In this document: piece after piece, positions 16,835-32,825 of the stretch
Layout of the letters: each line of letters starts with the position of its first letter
Numbering within the stretch: the stretch's first letter is position 1
Assembly (NCBI RefSeq): GCF_009914755.1
Contig: NC_060947.1
DNA: 64,000 nucleotides
Reading direction: 5' to 3' (one strand)
Origin: the human T2T-CHM13v2.0 reference genome, Homo sapiens
Position numbers and translations under genes: made by a program
The notes under the pieces: generated by a model
Told to the model about the DNA's origin: nothing
The model's input: the letters and a program-made list of their open reading frames with translations, nothing else
The model's database searches: none

Positions 16835-17765
16835 TATTTTATTTTATTTTAAGTTCTGGTGTACATGTACAGGATGTGCAAATTTGTTGCATAGGAAAAT
16901 TTGTGCCATGGTGATTTGCAGCACAGATCAAAACATCACCTAGGTATTAAGCCCAGCATGCATTAGCTATTTTTCCTGATGTTCTCCCTCCTTCTGCCCC
17001 CAATACAGGCACCAGTGTGTGTTGGGGTGTTTTTCCACTCCATGTGTCTATGTATGCACATTGTTCAGCTCCCACTTATAAGTGAGAACATCGAGTATTT
17101 AGTTTTCTGTTCCTGTATAGTTTGCTGAGAATAATGGCTTCCAGCTCCATACATGTCCCTGCGAAGGATATGATCTTGTTCCTTTTTTATGGCTGTATAG
17201 TATTCTGTGGTGTACACGCACTGCATTTTCTTTACTCACTGTATCTTTGATGAAATAAGACAAGCGTTTGTGTTGATTCCATGTCTTTGCTATAGTTAAT
17301 AGTGCTGCAATGAACATATGTGTGCATGTATCTTTATAATAGAATAATTTATATTTGTTTGTGTATACTCAGTAATAAGATTGCTAGGTCAAATGATATT
17401 TCTGGTTCTAGGTTTCTGAGAAATTACCACACTGTCTTCCACAATGGGTGAACTAATTTACCTTCCCTCAACAGTATAAATGCATTCCTATTTCTCCATA
17501 GCCTCATCAGTATCTCTTGTTTCTTGACTTTTTAATAATTGCCATTCTGACTGGCATGAGATGGTATCTCACTGTGGTTTTGATTTATACTTGTCTAATG
17601 ATCAGAGATGTTGAGCTTTTTTCATATGTTTCTTCACTGCATACATGTCTTATTTTGAGAAGTGTCTGTTCATGTCCTTTGCTCACTTTAAAATGAGTTG
17701 TTTTTTTTTGTTTGTTTTTTGTTTTTTGTTTTTTGTAAATTTAGGTTCCTTGTAGATTGTGGATT
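16835..17765 (-). mobile_element. L1PA10-12-like 3' ~0.9 kb
   Basis: TAGGTATTAAGCCCAGCATGCATTAGCTATTTTTCCTGAT; ORF2 end [15 protein letters not shown]. Confidence 0.85.
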
Positions 17766-17769
17766 TTGT

Positions 17770-19130
17770 CCCAAGAATGGAGCTGTGCAGATGCTCAGTG
17801 GCTGCTCGGGTTGCAGCCAGCATCGGCAGGATGAAGACTGCCCAAGACGACTGAGTACCCGGTGGAAGGGGCAGCTGACATCATGTCAGTTCCAGTTTGC
17901 CCTTTTCCCCTGCTGAGGCAGGAGACTTGGTGGTTTGGACTGGGAGGAATTCCCCACAGCATAGCACAGCGGCTGTGGCAAATCGTGGCCAGATTGCTTT
18001 TTTAGGTGGAAGCTGGATCCATTCCTCCTCACCAGGCGGGGCCTCCCTGCAGGAATTTCAGCATCTGCAGCAAGGAGTTTATGGACAGAACTCTGAAATC
18101 CCTGGGACAGAGCCACCAGAGGGCGGGGCAGCCATGGTCTCTGGGGTCCAGCCAACTTGGTCCTTCCTGGCTGCTGGCTCTGAAGAATACTCAGAGGAGG
18201 GGCATTCCTCCCAGCTCAGCACACTTGTTCTTCCATGGGGCTAGGGTGATTCATTAAATGGATCCCCGATCCTGGGCCTCCTGACTTGGTGAGATCCCCG
18301 CCCAACAGGGGCCAGCAGACATCTTATACAGGAGCGTTCCCACCGGCATCAGGTCTGTGCGCCTCTGGGATGGAGCTCCCAGAGGAAGGAACAGGCAGCC
18401 ATATTTTCTGTTCTGCAGCCTCCACTGGTAACACCTCCATGTGTGGGAGGGACCTAGGCAAATAATGTTTTGAATGCAACCCCAGAAAACTACAGAAGCC
18501 CTACTGAAGAGCGGCCTGACTGATAAAAGGAAAACAAACAAGCAGAAAGCAACAACAACAACAACAAACAAAAGACCCCACAAAACCCCACCGAAAGGTC
18601 AGCAGCCTCAAAGATCAAAGGTATATAAGCTCAAATACTCTTTCACTGAGCTAAAGGAGTATGTTCTAACCCAATGCAAAGAAGCTAAAAACCATGATAA
18701 AACATTACAGGAGCTGTTAACCAGAATAACCAAATTATAGAGGAACATAAATCACCTGATGGAGCTGAAAAACACAACATGAGAACTTAAGAATGCAACC
18801 ACAAGTATCAATAGCCAGCTGAATAGACCAAGAGGAGAAAAGAATCTCAGAGCTTGAAGACTATCTTGCTGAAATAAGACAGGCGGACAAGATTAGAGAA
18901 AAAAAGGATAAGAAGCAATGAACAAAACCTCTGAGAACTATGTGATTATGTAAAAAGATTGCACCTATGACTGATTGGGGTACCTGAAAGAGACGGGGAG
19001 AACAGAACCAATTGGAAAACATACTTCACAATATCATCCAGAACTTCCCCAAAATAGCAAGACATGCCAACATTCAAATTCAGCAAATCCAGAGAACTGC
19101 AGGAAGATACACCATTAGAAGATCAACCCC
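17770..19130 (+). mobile_element. L1P3-type 5'UTR plus partial ORF1
   Basis: GC-rich L1 5'UTR; ORF1 relic FTELKEYVLTQCKEAKN; internal deletion near 18630. Confidence 0.8.
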
Positions 19131-19850
19131 TAAGAATGGGTATTATTAAAAGTAAAAAGATAGAAAAAAAATTGCTGGTGAAGTTGTGGAGAAAAAGGAA
19201 CACTTATACACTGTAAGAATGTAAATTAGTTCAACAATTGTGGAAGATCGTGTGATGATTCCTCAAAGACCTAAAGACAGCAACACAATTTGATCCAGCA
19301 ATCCCATTACTGAGTGTATACCAAAAGAATATAAATTGTTTCATTATAGAGACACATGAACATGTTCATTGCAGCACTATTCACCAGAGCAAAGACATGC
19401 AATTAACCTAAATGCCCATCAGTGATAGAATGGATAAGGAAAAATGTGGTATATATACACCATGGAATACTATGCAGACATAAAAAAGAATGAGATCATG
19501 TCCTTTTCAGGGACATGGATGGAGCTGGGGGCCATTATTCTTAGCAAACTTATTCAAGAACAGAAAAACAAATATTCAATGTTCTCACTTAAAAACAGGA
19601 GCTAAATGGTAAGAATGAATGGACACATAGGAGGGAACAGCACACATTGGTGCCTGTTGGAGGGTGGGGGTTGGAGGAGGGAGCAGATCAGGAAGAATAG
19701 CTAGTGGATGCTGGGCTTAATACCTGAACAATTGATAATCTGTGCAGCAAGTCACAATGGCACATGTTTACCTATGTAACAAACCTGCACATCCTGCACG
19801 TGTGCCCCTGAACTTAATAAAAGTTGAAAATTTAAAAAAATTAAATAATT
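19131..19850 (+). mobile_element. L1PA12-like 3' end
   Basis: GATCAGGAAGAATAGCTAGTGGATGCTGGGCTTAATACC and an A-rich tail. Confidence 0.8.
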
Positions 19851-19857
19851 TTTTTTT

Positions 19858-20103
19858 CTTAAATGTGTGGCACCATCCCCCTGACACACTCCTTTCTTCC
19901 TATTTTGGTCATGTTATATGACTGCTCCCTCTTCACCTTCTGTAAGATTTTCAGCTTCAGGAGGCCTCCCCAGAAGCTGAGCAGATGCCAGCACCATGTT
20001 TTCTGTAAAGCCCACAGAATTGTAAGCCAATTAAACATCTTTTCCTTATACATTATCCAGTCTCAGATATTTCTTTATAGTAATGCAAGGATGGCCTACT
20101 ACA
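19858..20103 (+). mobile_element. MSTA/MSTB (MaLR) LTR, 3' half
   Basis: GAGGCCTCCCCAGAAGCTGAGCAGATGCCAGCACCATG...GCCAATTAAAC...TACA. Confidence 0.85.
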
Positions 20104-22949
<2,846 letters not shown>

Positions 22950-23057
22950 AAAAATATGAAATGCTTCACAAATTTGCATGTCATCCATGTACAGAGGCCA
23001 TGCTAATCTTCTTTGTGTTGTTTTAATTTTTTGTATATATGCTGCCAAAGTGGGCAC
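22950..23057 (-). pseudogene. RNU6: full-length U6 snRNA retropseudogene
   Basis: Reverse complement reads GTGCCCACTTTGGCAGCATATATAC...GAAGATTAGCATGGCC...GGATGACATGCAAATTTGTGAAGCATTTCATATTTTT, i.e. U6 with CpG decay. No PSE/TATA promoter seen upstream. Confidence 0.95.
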
Positions 23058-23864
23058 AGAATTTTAAATTTAGAATTAAATAGTCTATAGGAAACTTTGT
23101 TCTGTCCCTAGATATAACCATCCAAGTCTGCAAATGTATTTTCACATTTTGAGTACTTCTGTGTGAGTGTCTAATCTTTGATCATGAATTTCTATTTAAT
23201 CAGAAGTGCCTTTAATATTGTGGAATGTAATGGTGACATGATTCATCTTAGGCAATGAAAATTATTTGAAATAAAAAGTAATGTTACACAGTATTAATAC
23301 TAGTTGGGAAAATATAGAAGTTCATTGTCAATGAAATTCATATTTTAAGGCTTCAGGAATAAATTTTGTAATGAGATTCTGGTTATTTTAATGATAGAAA
23401 ATTCCAGATCCTAAAATTAACTTGATATCAAGATCATAAACAGGTTGGTGTGTGAAATTAATTTCTAGAAAAAACTGATTATTTATGAGTCAAAAGCAAG
23501 TAGTGTAACTGAAATTTGAAATAGCATTTTCTTAAACTCACTCATTTAATCTTGACAGCATAATTAATTATGAATAAAATATTTGTAAGATTAATATTTA
23601 AAAAAATATTCAGAGTAAAATATGTCTTTTTTCAATACACACTTGTTTGGAAAATTAGGAAAGGCATATGAATTAGACAATTATCAATAATTTCATTGCA
23701 TAAAGAAGACTTCTGTTCAAACAACAAGAAGTAGTCTAGATTAATTAATGCCTTCACATATTTTCCACCTCTTTTAATTAGTATCATTTCTTCATCACTG
23801 GGCAGCAGCCCCTCTTCATCAAACTATATATTTGTTTTAATCATCTACTAGAACCACCTGAGAC

Positions 23865-24595
23865 ATCAATTTTTGAAATAATTTCAAACTTTAAAAAAGC
23901 TGTATGAACAGTACAAAAAGTATGTATCTTCTTTACTCAGACTCCCCAATTGTCAATGATTTATGTATGATATGTGCTCTCTCTCTCTCTCTCTCCCTCT
24001 CAATAAATATTGAGATATTTTAGATAGAAATATTGCATTATTCTTTTTCTGAATAAGTTAAGAATATGGCATAAGTCTGATGCTACAAATTTATAACATT
24101 ACAGTATACATTTGCCAAAGTAAGGACTTTTTTCACCATACCACCATTACAACCTCCAAATTAGTAAACATTGCCATTCATTTTACAGATTCCATTCAAA
24201 TTTTGCTAATGGTCTCAATAATTTGTGTTTTATATTTTTGGTCCAGGATCTAATCCAGGATTAAATGTTGCACTCAATTATCACATCTCTTTACTGCCCT
24301 TTAATTTGGAACAGTTTTTCTGTCTTACCCTCTCTTTCATGACTGTGCCAATTTTAAGGAATAATAGCCTTTTATTCTGTGGGAAAGAAGGCTCATATTG
24401 TTTGGGGTTTTTCATGACCAGGCTCAGGATATGAAATTTTGGCAGATATACCACTAATGCGATGCTGCTTTTTTCACAGTGACTCACATCTAAAGACACC
24501 CAAATTGGCCGAATATTAATATCTTACATAACAATAGTATATTTGTCAAAATGAAAAATATTAACATTGGTTAATTTTTACAATGCTATTCTAAT
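23865..24595 (-). mobile_element. old L1MC-type 3' region
   Basis: TTTTGAAATAATTTCAAACTT...CAGGATCTAATCCAGGAT motifs. Confidence 0.55.
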
Positions 24596-24597
24596 GT

Positions 24598-24740
24598 TTA
24601 CTTTCTCCTCCTTCTCCACCTCCTCTTTCTCCCTTTCTTTTTCTTCCTCTCCTTCCTCCTCCTGCCCTTCTTCTTCCTGCTTATCCTCCTTCTTTCCATC
24701 TTTCTCCTCCTACTACTTCTTATTTTTTCTTCTTCTCAAC
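24598..24740. repeat. CT-rich low-complexity tract
   Basis: Directly visible polypyrimidine (TCC/TTC)n. Confidence 0.85.
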
Positions 24741-24854
24741 TCTCCATAAATGTAATAAACTTTCTCAGCCATGGAGTCACATAAAAAACATAGAAGAATA
24801 TACAACAATGATGGTAGATTAGTGTAGAATAACATAGAAAAATTAGATGTGTTG

Positions 24855-26798
24855 ACTCTGGATATTAGCCCTTTGTCAGATGGATAGATTGCAAAAATTT
24901 TCTCCCATTCGGTAGGTTGTCTGTTCACTCTGATGGTAGTTTCTTTTGCTGTGTAGAAGCTCTTTGGTTTAATTAGATTACATTTGTCAATTTTGCTTTT
25001 GTTGCCATGTCTTTTGGTGTTTTAGGCCTGAAGTTTTTGCCCATGCCTATGTCCTGAATGGTATTGCTTAGGTGTTCTTCTAGGGTTTTTAGAGTTTTAC
25101 ATGTTACGTTTAAGTCTTTAATCCATCTTGAGTTAATTTTTGTATTAGCTGTAAGGAAGGTGTCCAGTTTCAGTTTTCTGCATATGGCTAGCCAGTTTTC
25201 CTAACACCATTTATTAAATAGGGAATCCCTTTCCCATTGTTTGTTTTTGTCAGGTCTGTCAAAGATCAGATGGTTGTAGATGTGTGGCGTTATTTCTGAG
25301 GACTCTGTTCTGTTCCATTGGTCTATATATCAGTTTTGGTACCAGTCCCATGCTGTTTTGGTTACTGTAGCCTTGTATAATTTGAAGTCAGGTAGCATGA
25401 TGCCTCCAGCTTTGTTCTTTTTGCTTAGGCTTGTCTTGGCTATATGGGCTCTTTTTTGATTGCATATCAAATTTGAAGTATTTTTTTCTAATTCTGTGAA
25501 GAGTGTGAATGATAGCTTGATGGGGATAGCATTGAATCTATACATACTTTGGGCAGTATGGCTATTTTCATGATATTGATTCTTTCTATCCACGAGCATG
25601 GAATATTTTACCATTTGTTTGTGTCTTCTCTTATTCGCTTGAACAGTGGTTTGTAGTTTTCCTTGATGAGGTCCTTCACATCCCTTGTAAGTTGTACTGC
25701 TAGGTATTTTATTCCCTTAATAGCAAATGTGCATGGGAGTTCACTCATGATTTGACTCTGTTTGTCTGTTATTGGTGTATAGGAATGCTTATGATTTTTG
25801 CACATTGATTTTGTATCCTGAGACTTTGCTGAAAGTGCTTATCAGCTCAAGGAGATTTTGGGCTGAGACAATGGGGTTTTCTAAATATTCAATCATGTAG
25901 TCTACAAACAGACAATTTGACTTCCTCTTTTCCTATTCGAATACCCTTTATTTTTTTCTCTTGCCTGATTGCCCTGGCCAGAACTTCCAATTCTATGTTG
26001 AATAGAAGTGGTGAGAGAGGGCATCCTTGTCTTGTGCCAGTTTTCAAAGGGAATGCTTCCAGCTTTTGCCCATTCAGTATGATATTGGCTGTGGGTTTTT
26101 CATAAATAGCTCTTATTATTGTGAGATACATTCCATCAACACTTAGTTTATTGGGAGTTTTTAGCCTGAAGAGGTGTTGAATTTTATCAAAGACCTTTTC
26201 TGCATCTGTTGAGATAATCAAGTGGTTTTTGTCGTTGGTTCTGTTTATGTGATGGATTACGTTTATTGATTTGTGTATGCTGAAGAAGCCTTGCATCTCA
26301 GGGATGAAGCAGACTTCATCGTGGTGGATAAGTTTTTTTATGTGTTGCTGGATTTGGTTTGCTAAAATTTTATTAAGGATTTTCGCATCGATGTTCATCA
26401 GGAATATTGGCCTGAAATTTTCTATTTGTTGTGTCTGTGCCAAATTTTGGTATCAGGATGATGCTAACTTCATAAAATGAGTTAGGGGAGAGTCCCTCTT
26501 TTTCTACTGTTTGGCATAGTTTCAGAAGGAATGGTACCAGCTCCTCTTTGTACCTCTGGTAGAATTCAGTTGTGAATCCGTCTGGTCCTGGGCTTTTTTT
26601 GGTTAGTATACTATTAATTGCTGCCTCAATTTCTGAACTTGTTATTGGTATATTCAGACATTAGACTTCTTCCTGGTTTAGTCTTGGGAGGGTGTATGTA
26701 TCCAGGAATTTATCCATTTCTTCTAGATTTTCTAGTTTCTTTGCATAGAGGAGTTTATAGTATTCTCTGATGGTAGTTTGTATTTCTGTGGAATCAGT
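24855..26798 (-). mobile_element. internal L1PA (PA7/8-like) ORF2 fragment lacking both ends
   Basis: RT-region ORF 25889-26443 ([16 protein letters not shown]); no poly-A tail, no TSD. Confidence 0.9.
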
Positions 26799-28050
26799 GA
26801 GCAATTTTTATGTTTGTTGGTTGTTTGTATATGGTCTTCTGAGAATTGTCTATTCATGTTATTTGCCCACTTTTTGATGGGTTTTGATTGGATTTGCTTT
26901 TTTCTTGATTATTTGTTTGAGCTCCTTGTATATTCTTGATATTAGTTATTCTTTAGATGCATAGTTTGCAAATATTTTCTCTCACTCTGTAGGTTGTCTG
27001 TTTACTGATTATTTCTTTTGCTGTGCAGAAGTCTTTTAGTTTATTTAGGTCCAATTTATTTATTTTTGTTTTTGTTGAATTGGCTTTTGAGTTCTTAGTC
27101 ATAAATTCTCTGCCTAAACCAGTGTCTAGAAAAGTTTTCCTTATGTTATCTTCTAGAATTTATATGGTTTTAGGTCTGAGATTTAATACTTTAATTTATC
27201 TTAAGTTGATTTTTGTATAAGGTGAGAGATGAGAATCCAATTTCCTTTTTCTACATGTAGCTTACCAGTTTTCCCAGAACCATTTGTTGGATAGGGTGTC
27301 CTTTCCCCACTTCATGTTTTTGTATACTTTGTCAAATAACAGTTGGCTGTAAGTATTTGGCTTTATTTCTGGGTTCTGTATTCTGTTCCATTGGTCTACA
27401 TGACTCTATTTGTACCAGTACCATGCCGTTTTGGTAACTATAGCCTTGTAGTATACCTTGAAGTTTGGTAATATGATGTCTCCAGATTTGTTCTTTTTGT
27501 TTAGGATTGCTTTGGCTCTGTGGGCTCTTTTTTGTTGCATATGAATTTTATAATTTTTTCCTAATTCCATGAATAATGATGATGATATTTTGATAGGAAT
27601 TGCATTGAATCTGTCGATTGTTTTAAGCAGTATGGTCAATTTCACAACAGTGATTCCACCCATCCATGAGCATGGGATGTGTTTTCATTTGTTTGTGTCA
27701 TCTATGATTTCTTTCAGTAGTATTTTGTAAGGTTTTTTTTTAATCTTTTTTTTATGTCTAATATAATTCAGCTGTGAATCCATCTCATACTGGACTTTTT
27801 CATGGTGGCAATTTATTTTTATTACTGATTCAATCTTGCTGTTTGTTGTTGGTCTGTTCAGGGTTTCTAATTCTTATTTCATCTAGAAGTTGTATATTTT
27901 CAAGAATTTGTCCACATCCTCTAGATTTTCTAGTCTGTGTATGTAAAGGTGTCCATATTAGCCTTGGGTGATCTTTTGTATTTCTGTGGTATCAGTTGCA
28001 ACATCTCCAGTTTCATTTTTTATTAAGCTTATTGGGATCTTCTCTCTTAT
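26799..28050 (-). mobile_element. L1PB-like ORF2 fragments
   Basis: RFNAIPIKI...[15 protein letters not shown]; internal deletion near 27735. Confidence 0.8.
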
Positions 28051-28439
28051 TTTACTTACTCTCCTGCCATTATAATTAATTCTAATTAATATTTTATATT
28101 AAAATTACTTATATTGTACTGTCTTTCATGACAAAAAGATTCTATCTTATAATTTAAATCTGTCAATTGTTTCATGAACTCTGGATTTTATAAGTTGCTT
28201 AGCTCAGCCTTTATAATATTTTTGTGTCTGTGGATTTTATAGATCAAAATCTGTTCTAAAATTTTATTTAATTCAAATAATAATAGCCACTTGAAATGAG
28301 TTCATGCTTTTTTTTTTAATTTTGGGTGATTGATTTCCCCAAATCATTAATAAAGTCTTTTATTTTTCTTACTAGTTTGAAATATTGCCTTAAATGTATG
28401 CTGAAATGACATACATATATCTTCTTGTTTCTTAATTAT

Positions 28440-31400
28440 TATGTTTTTAACTTTTAGATTCAGGGGTACATGTGCAGGTTTATTATATAGGTAAACTGTG
28501 TATCACAGGGGTTTGGAATACATACAATTTTGTCATCCATGTAATAAGTATAGTACCCAATAGGTGTTATTTCTGATCCTGTCCTTCCTTTCACCCTTCA
28601 TCCTCAAGTATACCCCGGTGTTTGTTGTTCCCCTCCTAGTATTCATATCTTCTCATTGTTTAGTTTTCACTTAGAGAATATGCAATATCTGGTTTTCTGA
28701 TCCTGTGTCAATTTGCTTTTGATAATGGCCTCCATCTCTATCCAAGTTGCTGCAAGGACATGATCTTGTTCTTTTTAATGGCTGCATAGTATTCCATGGT
28801 GTATTAGCCTTTTGACGTGCTGCTTGATTTGGTTGGCTATTATTTTGTTCAGAATTTTTGCATCTATGTTCATCAAAGACATTGGCCTGAAGTGGTTTTT
28901 GTGTGTGTGTTTTGCTGTTGTTGCTGTTTTTGGTGTTTCTCTGTCTGGTTTTGGTATCAGGATGATCCTGGACTCACAGAATGAGTTGGGAAGAGGCTCC
29001 TACTCTTCATTATTTTGGAATAGCTTCAATACGGATAGTAACAGCTCTTCTTTGTACAACTGGTATAATTCAGCTATGAATCTATCTGGTCCTGGACTTT
29101 TTTTGGTTAGTAGGTTAATTACTACTGATTAAATTTCAGAACTTGGTAATGGTCTGTTCAGAGTTTCAATTTCTTTTTGTTTCAGTCTTGGGATGGTGTA
29201 CGTTTCCAGGAATTCATCTCTTTCTTCAGGATTTTTTAGTTTGTATGCATAGAGGTGTTTATAGTAGTCTCTTATGGTTTGCTTTTTATTTCTGTGTGGT
29301 CACTGATAACAACCCCTTTGTTATTTCTAATTCTGCTTACTTGGTGCTTCTCTTTTTTTCTTTATAAGTCTAGCTAGTGCTGTATCTATCTTATGAATTT
29401 TTTCAAAGAATCATCTTCTGAATTTGTTGACCTTTCAAACTGTTTTCCATGTCTCAACTTATTTCAGTTTGGATCTGATTTTAGTTATTTATTGTATTCT
29501 GCTAGCTTTGGGGTTGATTTGCTCTTGCTTTTCTAGTTATAGTGCTGATGTTAGATTTTTAATTGAAGATCTTTCTAACTTTATGATGTGGATGTTTAGT
29601 GCTATAAATTTTCCTCTTAACTTTGCCTTAGCTGTGTCCCAAAGATTCTGATATGTTGTATCCTTGCTCTTATTAATTTCAAAGAACTTCTTCTTTATTT
29701 CTGCCTTAATTTTATTGTTTACCAAAAGTCATTCAGGAGGAGTTTAATTTCCATATAATTGTATAGTTTTGAGTAATTTTCTTAGAATTGATTTCAATTT
29801 TTATTGTGTTGTGGCCTGAGAAGGTGGTTGGTATAATTTTGGTCCTTTTGAATTTGCTGAGTATTGCTTTATGTCTGAATATTTGGTTGATTTTGGAGTA
29901 TGTGCCATGTAATGATAAAAAGAATGTATATTCTGTTGCTTTTGAGTGGAGAGTTTTGTCTATTAGGTCCATTTGGTCAAGTGTTGAGTCCAGGTTTTTA
30001 TTATCTTTGTTAATTTTCTGCCTCAATGATCTGTGTAATACTGTTGGTGGGGAGCTAAAGTTTCTAGCTATTATTGTGTGGAAATCTCAGTCTCCTTGCA
30101 TGTCTCTAAGAACTTGCTCTATTAAAATAGGTGCTCCTGTGTTCGGTGCATATATATTTGGAATAGTTAGGTCTTCTTGTAGAATTGAAGCTTTTACCAT
30201 TATATAATGCCTTTCTTTGCCTTTTTCTGATCTTTGTTGGTTTAAGGTCCATTTTGTTTGCAATTAGGATTGCAACCCCTCCTTTTCTTTCTGTTTTCCA
30301 TTTGCTTGGTTGATTTTTCCCCATCTCTTTATTTCGAGTGTATGAATATTACTGCATGTGAGATGGGTCTCTTTAAGACAACATACCATTCGATCTTGTT
30401 TCTTTACCAAGATTATTACTCTGTCCCTTTTAATTGGGGTATTTAACCTCTTTACATTCAAGGTTAGTATTGATATCTGTGAATTTGTTCCTGTCATGAT
30501 ATTCTTGACTGGTTATCATACAGACTTGTTTGTGTGTTCCTTTATATTGTTACTGGTCTGTGTACTTAAGTGTGTGTTTTTGTAGTGGCTGATAATATCC
30601 TTTCTTTTCCATATTTACTGCTTCTTTTGGGACCTCTGGTAAGGTAGGTCTGGTGGTAATACATTTTCTCAGCATTTGCTCTCTGAATGGAAACTTATTT
30701 CTCCTTCAGTTATGAAGCTTAGTTTGGTTGGGTATGAAATTCCTCCTTGGAATTTATTTTCTTTCACATTGAATATAGGCCCCCAATGTCTTCTGGCTTT
30801 TAGAGTTTCTACTGAAATGTCTACTGTTGGCCTGATGTGGTTCCCTTTGTAAGTTACTGGGTTCATGTCTTTAGCTGCCTTTAATATTTTTTTCTTTCAT
30901 TTTGACCTTGGAGAATCTGATAATTATGCTTCTTGGGGAGGTCTTCTTGTGTAATATTTCACATGGGTTCTCTGCATTTCCTGGATTTGAGTGTTGGCCT
31001 CAGTAGCAAAGTTGGAAACGTTTCCATGGATGATATGCTAAAAGATGTTTTCCATGTTGCTTGCATTTTTCCATCTCTTTCAGGGATGCCAATGAGTTAT
31101 AGGTTTGGTCTCTTTACATAATCTTAAATTTCTCCAATTTTTTTATTCTTTTAAAGTTTTGATTTATTTTTGTCTGACTGAGATAGATATTTCAGAAAGC
31201 CAGTCTTTGAGCTCTGATATTTTGTTCTCACCTTGGTCTTATCTGCTCTTAATATTTGCAAGTGTATTTTGGAATTCCTGTAGTGTTTTTCAGCTCTATC
31301 AGATCAGTTTGGTTCTTTTTTATAATGGCTGTTTCATCGTATCAGCTCCTGTATCATTTTATTATGATTCTTAGCTTCCTTGGATTGGGTTTCAATAGTC

Positions 31401-32790
31401 TACTGAATCTCAATGATCTTTATTTCTTTCTATATTGTGAATTCTATTTCAGTTATTTCAGCCATTTTAGCCCAGTTAATAAACCTCACTAGGGAACTAG
31501 TGGAGTTCTTCAGATGCAATGAGGTACTCTGGCTTTTTGAGTTGCCAGAATTCTTATACTGTTTTTCTCTCATTTGTGTGGCCTAGTGTTCCTTCAATCT
31601 TTGAAGTAGTTGTTTTACAAATTGATTTTTTTTTCTGCTTTGAAGGGGGTTTGATTATGGTGTAAGGTGAGTTCAGTTGACTGACTTTGATTTCTAGTCT
31701 GCTCCTGTGTCTTGGAAGAGCCCCTTCTGAACCTTATCCATGCCTATGTTCCTTTTGTTGGGTGTTCTGGTCCACAGGGCTCCTTCAGGCAGGGGCCGCA
31801 GTTGGCAGACAAGCTGTATTCTTGCCAGCTCAGACCTAATCTACTGTCCATGTTCTTCCTGGGGAAACACTAGATTGCACCTGCCTGCAGAGTTCAGGCA
31901 GAAGCTGGACCACAGGGTTGGAATCTTTAGCAGGTGTGGCCTGTCTCAGTATGGGAGGTAAGGGTCAATGGAGTCACTTACCCTGCTATTCAGGTGTTTC
32001 CAGGGCAACTGGAGGCTTCACCACTCAGCCAATTCAGGCAGAAATAGGACCACTGGGACAGAAGCTTTAGCAGAAATGGCTCCCTAGCTATCAGCGTTGG
32101 GGGTAAATGAGGTCATGCGCTCTGCTGTTTGGGTGTTTCCTGGGACAAGAGGAAGCTGTACCCTCTACCTGAGTTCACAAAGAAGCAGGGCCGCTGGGCC
32201 AGTAGCTTTAGACATTGCCTACTTGGCTATCATTGTGTGGGGGGGAATAGGCGTGTGCTCTGCCAGCTGGATGTTTCCCTGGGCAAAAGGATGCTGTGCC
32301 CTCCAGCTGAGTTCCCACATGAGCAATAATTCTGGGCCAGAAGCTTTAGCAGGTGTTGCTTGCCTGACTATTAGTGGCCAGGTTGGGTGGGGTTGTCTGC
32401 TCTGTCATCGCAGTGTTTCTCAGGACAACAGAAAGCTGTGCCCTCCAGCTGAGTTCTCACAGAGGCAGGAACAATGGGCCAGAAGCTCTGCCAGGCATTG
32501 CCTTCCTGACTATCAGTGGCGAGGTGAGTGGGGTTGCATGGGGAGGCAGGGGATTCTTTCATTCCTAGTCTTTTACAGGTACCTGCGGAGAGTGTAAATC
32601 CCTCTGGGGGCTCTCACTTACTAACTCCTGTTGGAAGATTCTCCTGGCTCTGAGTGGAACCCAGACAGGCTGATGCCCAGCTTTGCTCCTCTTTCTCTGT
32701 GTTCCCCTGCTGCCTTGATAGATTCTGGTGTGGTTTCTTAGATGATCAGCCAGCAGGTTTAGTGTTCACTAGCCCTTATGTTTCCTCTCC
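28440..32790 (-). mobile_element. L1PA14/15 (L1PREC2-like) with both ends and a ~2 kb internal deletion
   Basis: 3'UTR at left; ORF2 start MTGTNSQISILTLNV (30497); ORF1; 5'UTR with tandem units. Confidence 0.85.
31855..32540 (-). repeat. five ~140-bp tandem units in the L1 5'UTR
   Basis: Unit starts (GTTTC) at ~31855, 31996, 32135, 32273 and 32415, with recurring GAGTTC and GGGCCAGAAGCTTTAGCAGG. Confidence 0.8.
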
Positions 32791-32825
32791 CAGTTTTCTG
32801 GGTTTTTTTATGGTCCATTATTTTC

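Noticed and set aside
22950-23057. Functional U6 gene
   Set aside because: Many substitutions, including in the ACAGAGA box, no upstream promoter elements seen, and fused to L1.
31855-32540. CRISPR-like array
   Set aside because: Eukaryotic L1 5'UTR context; whole units are homologous, with no unique spacers or cas genes.
32097-32597. 166-aa ORF
   Set aside because: Antisense reading through the GC-rich tandem units of the L1 5'UTR, with no recognisable protein features.
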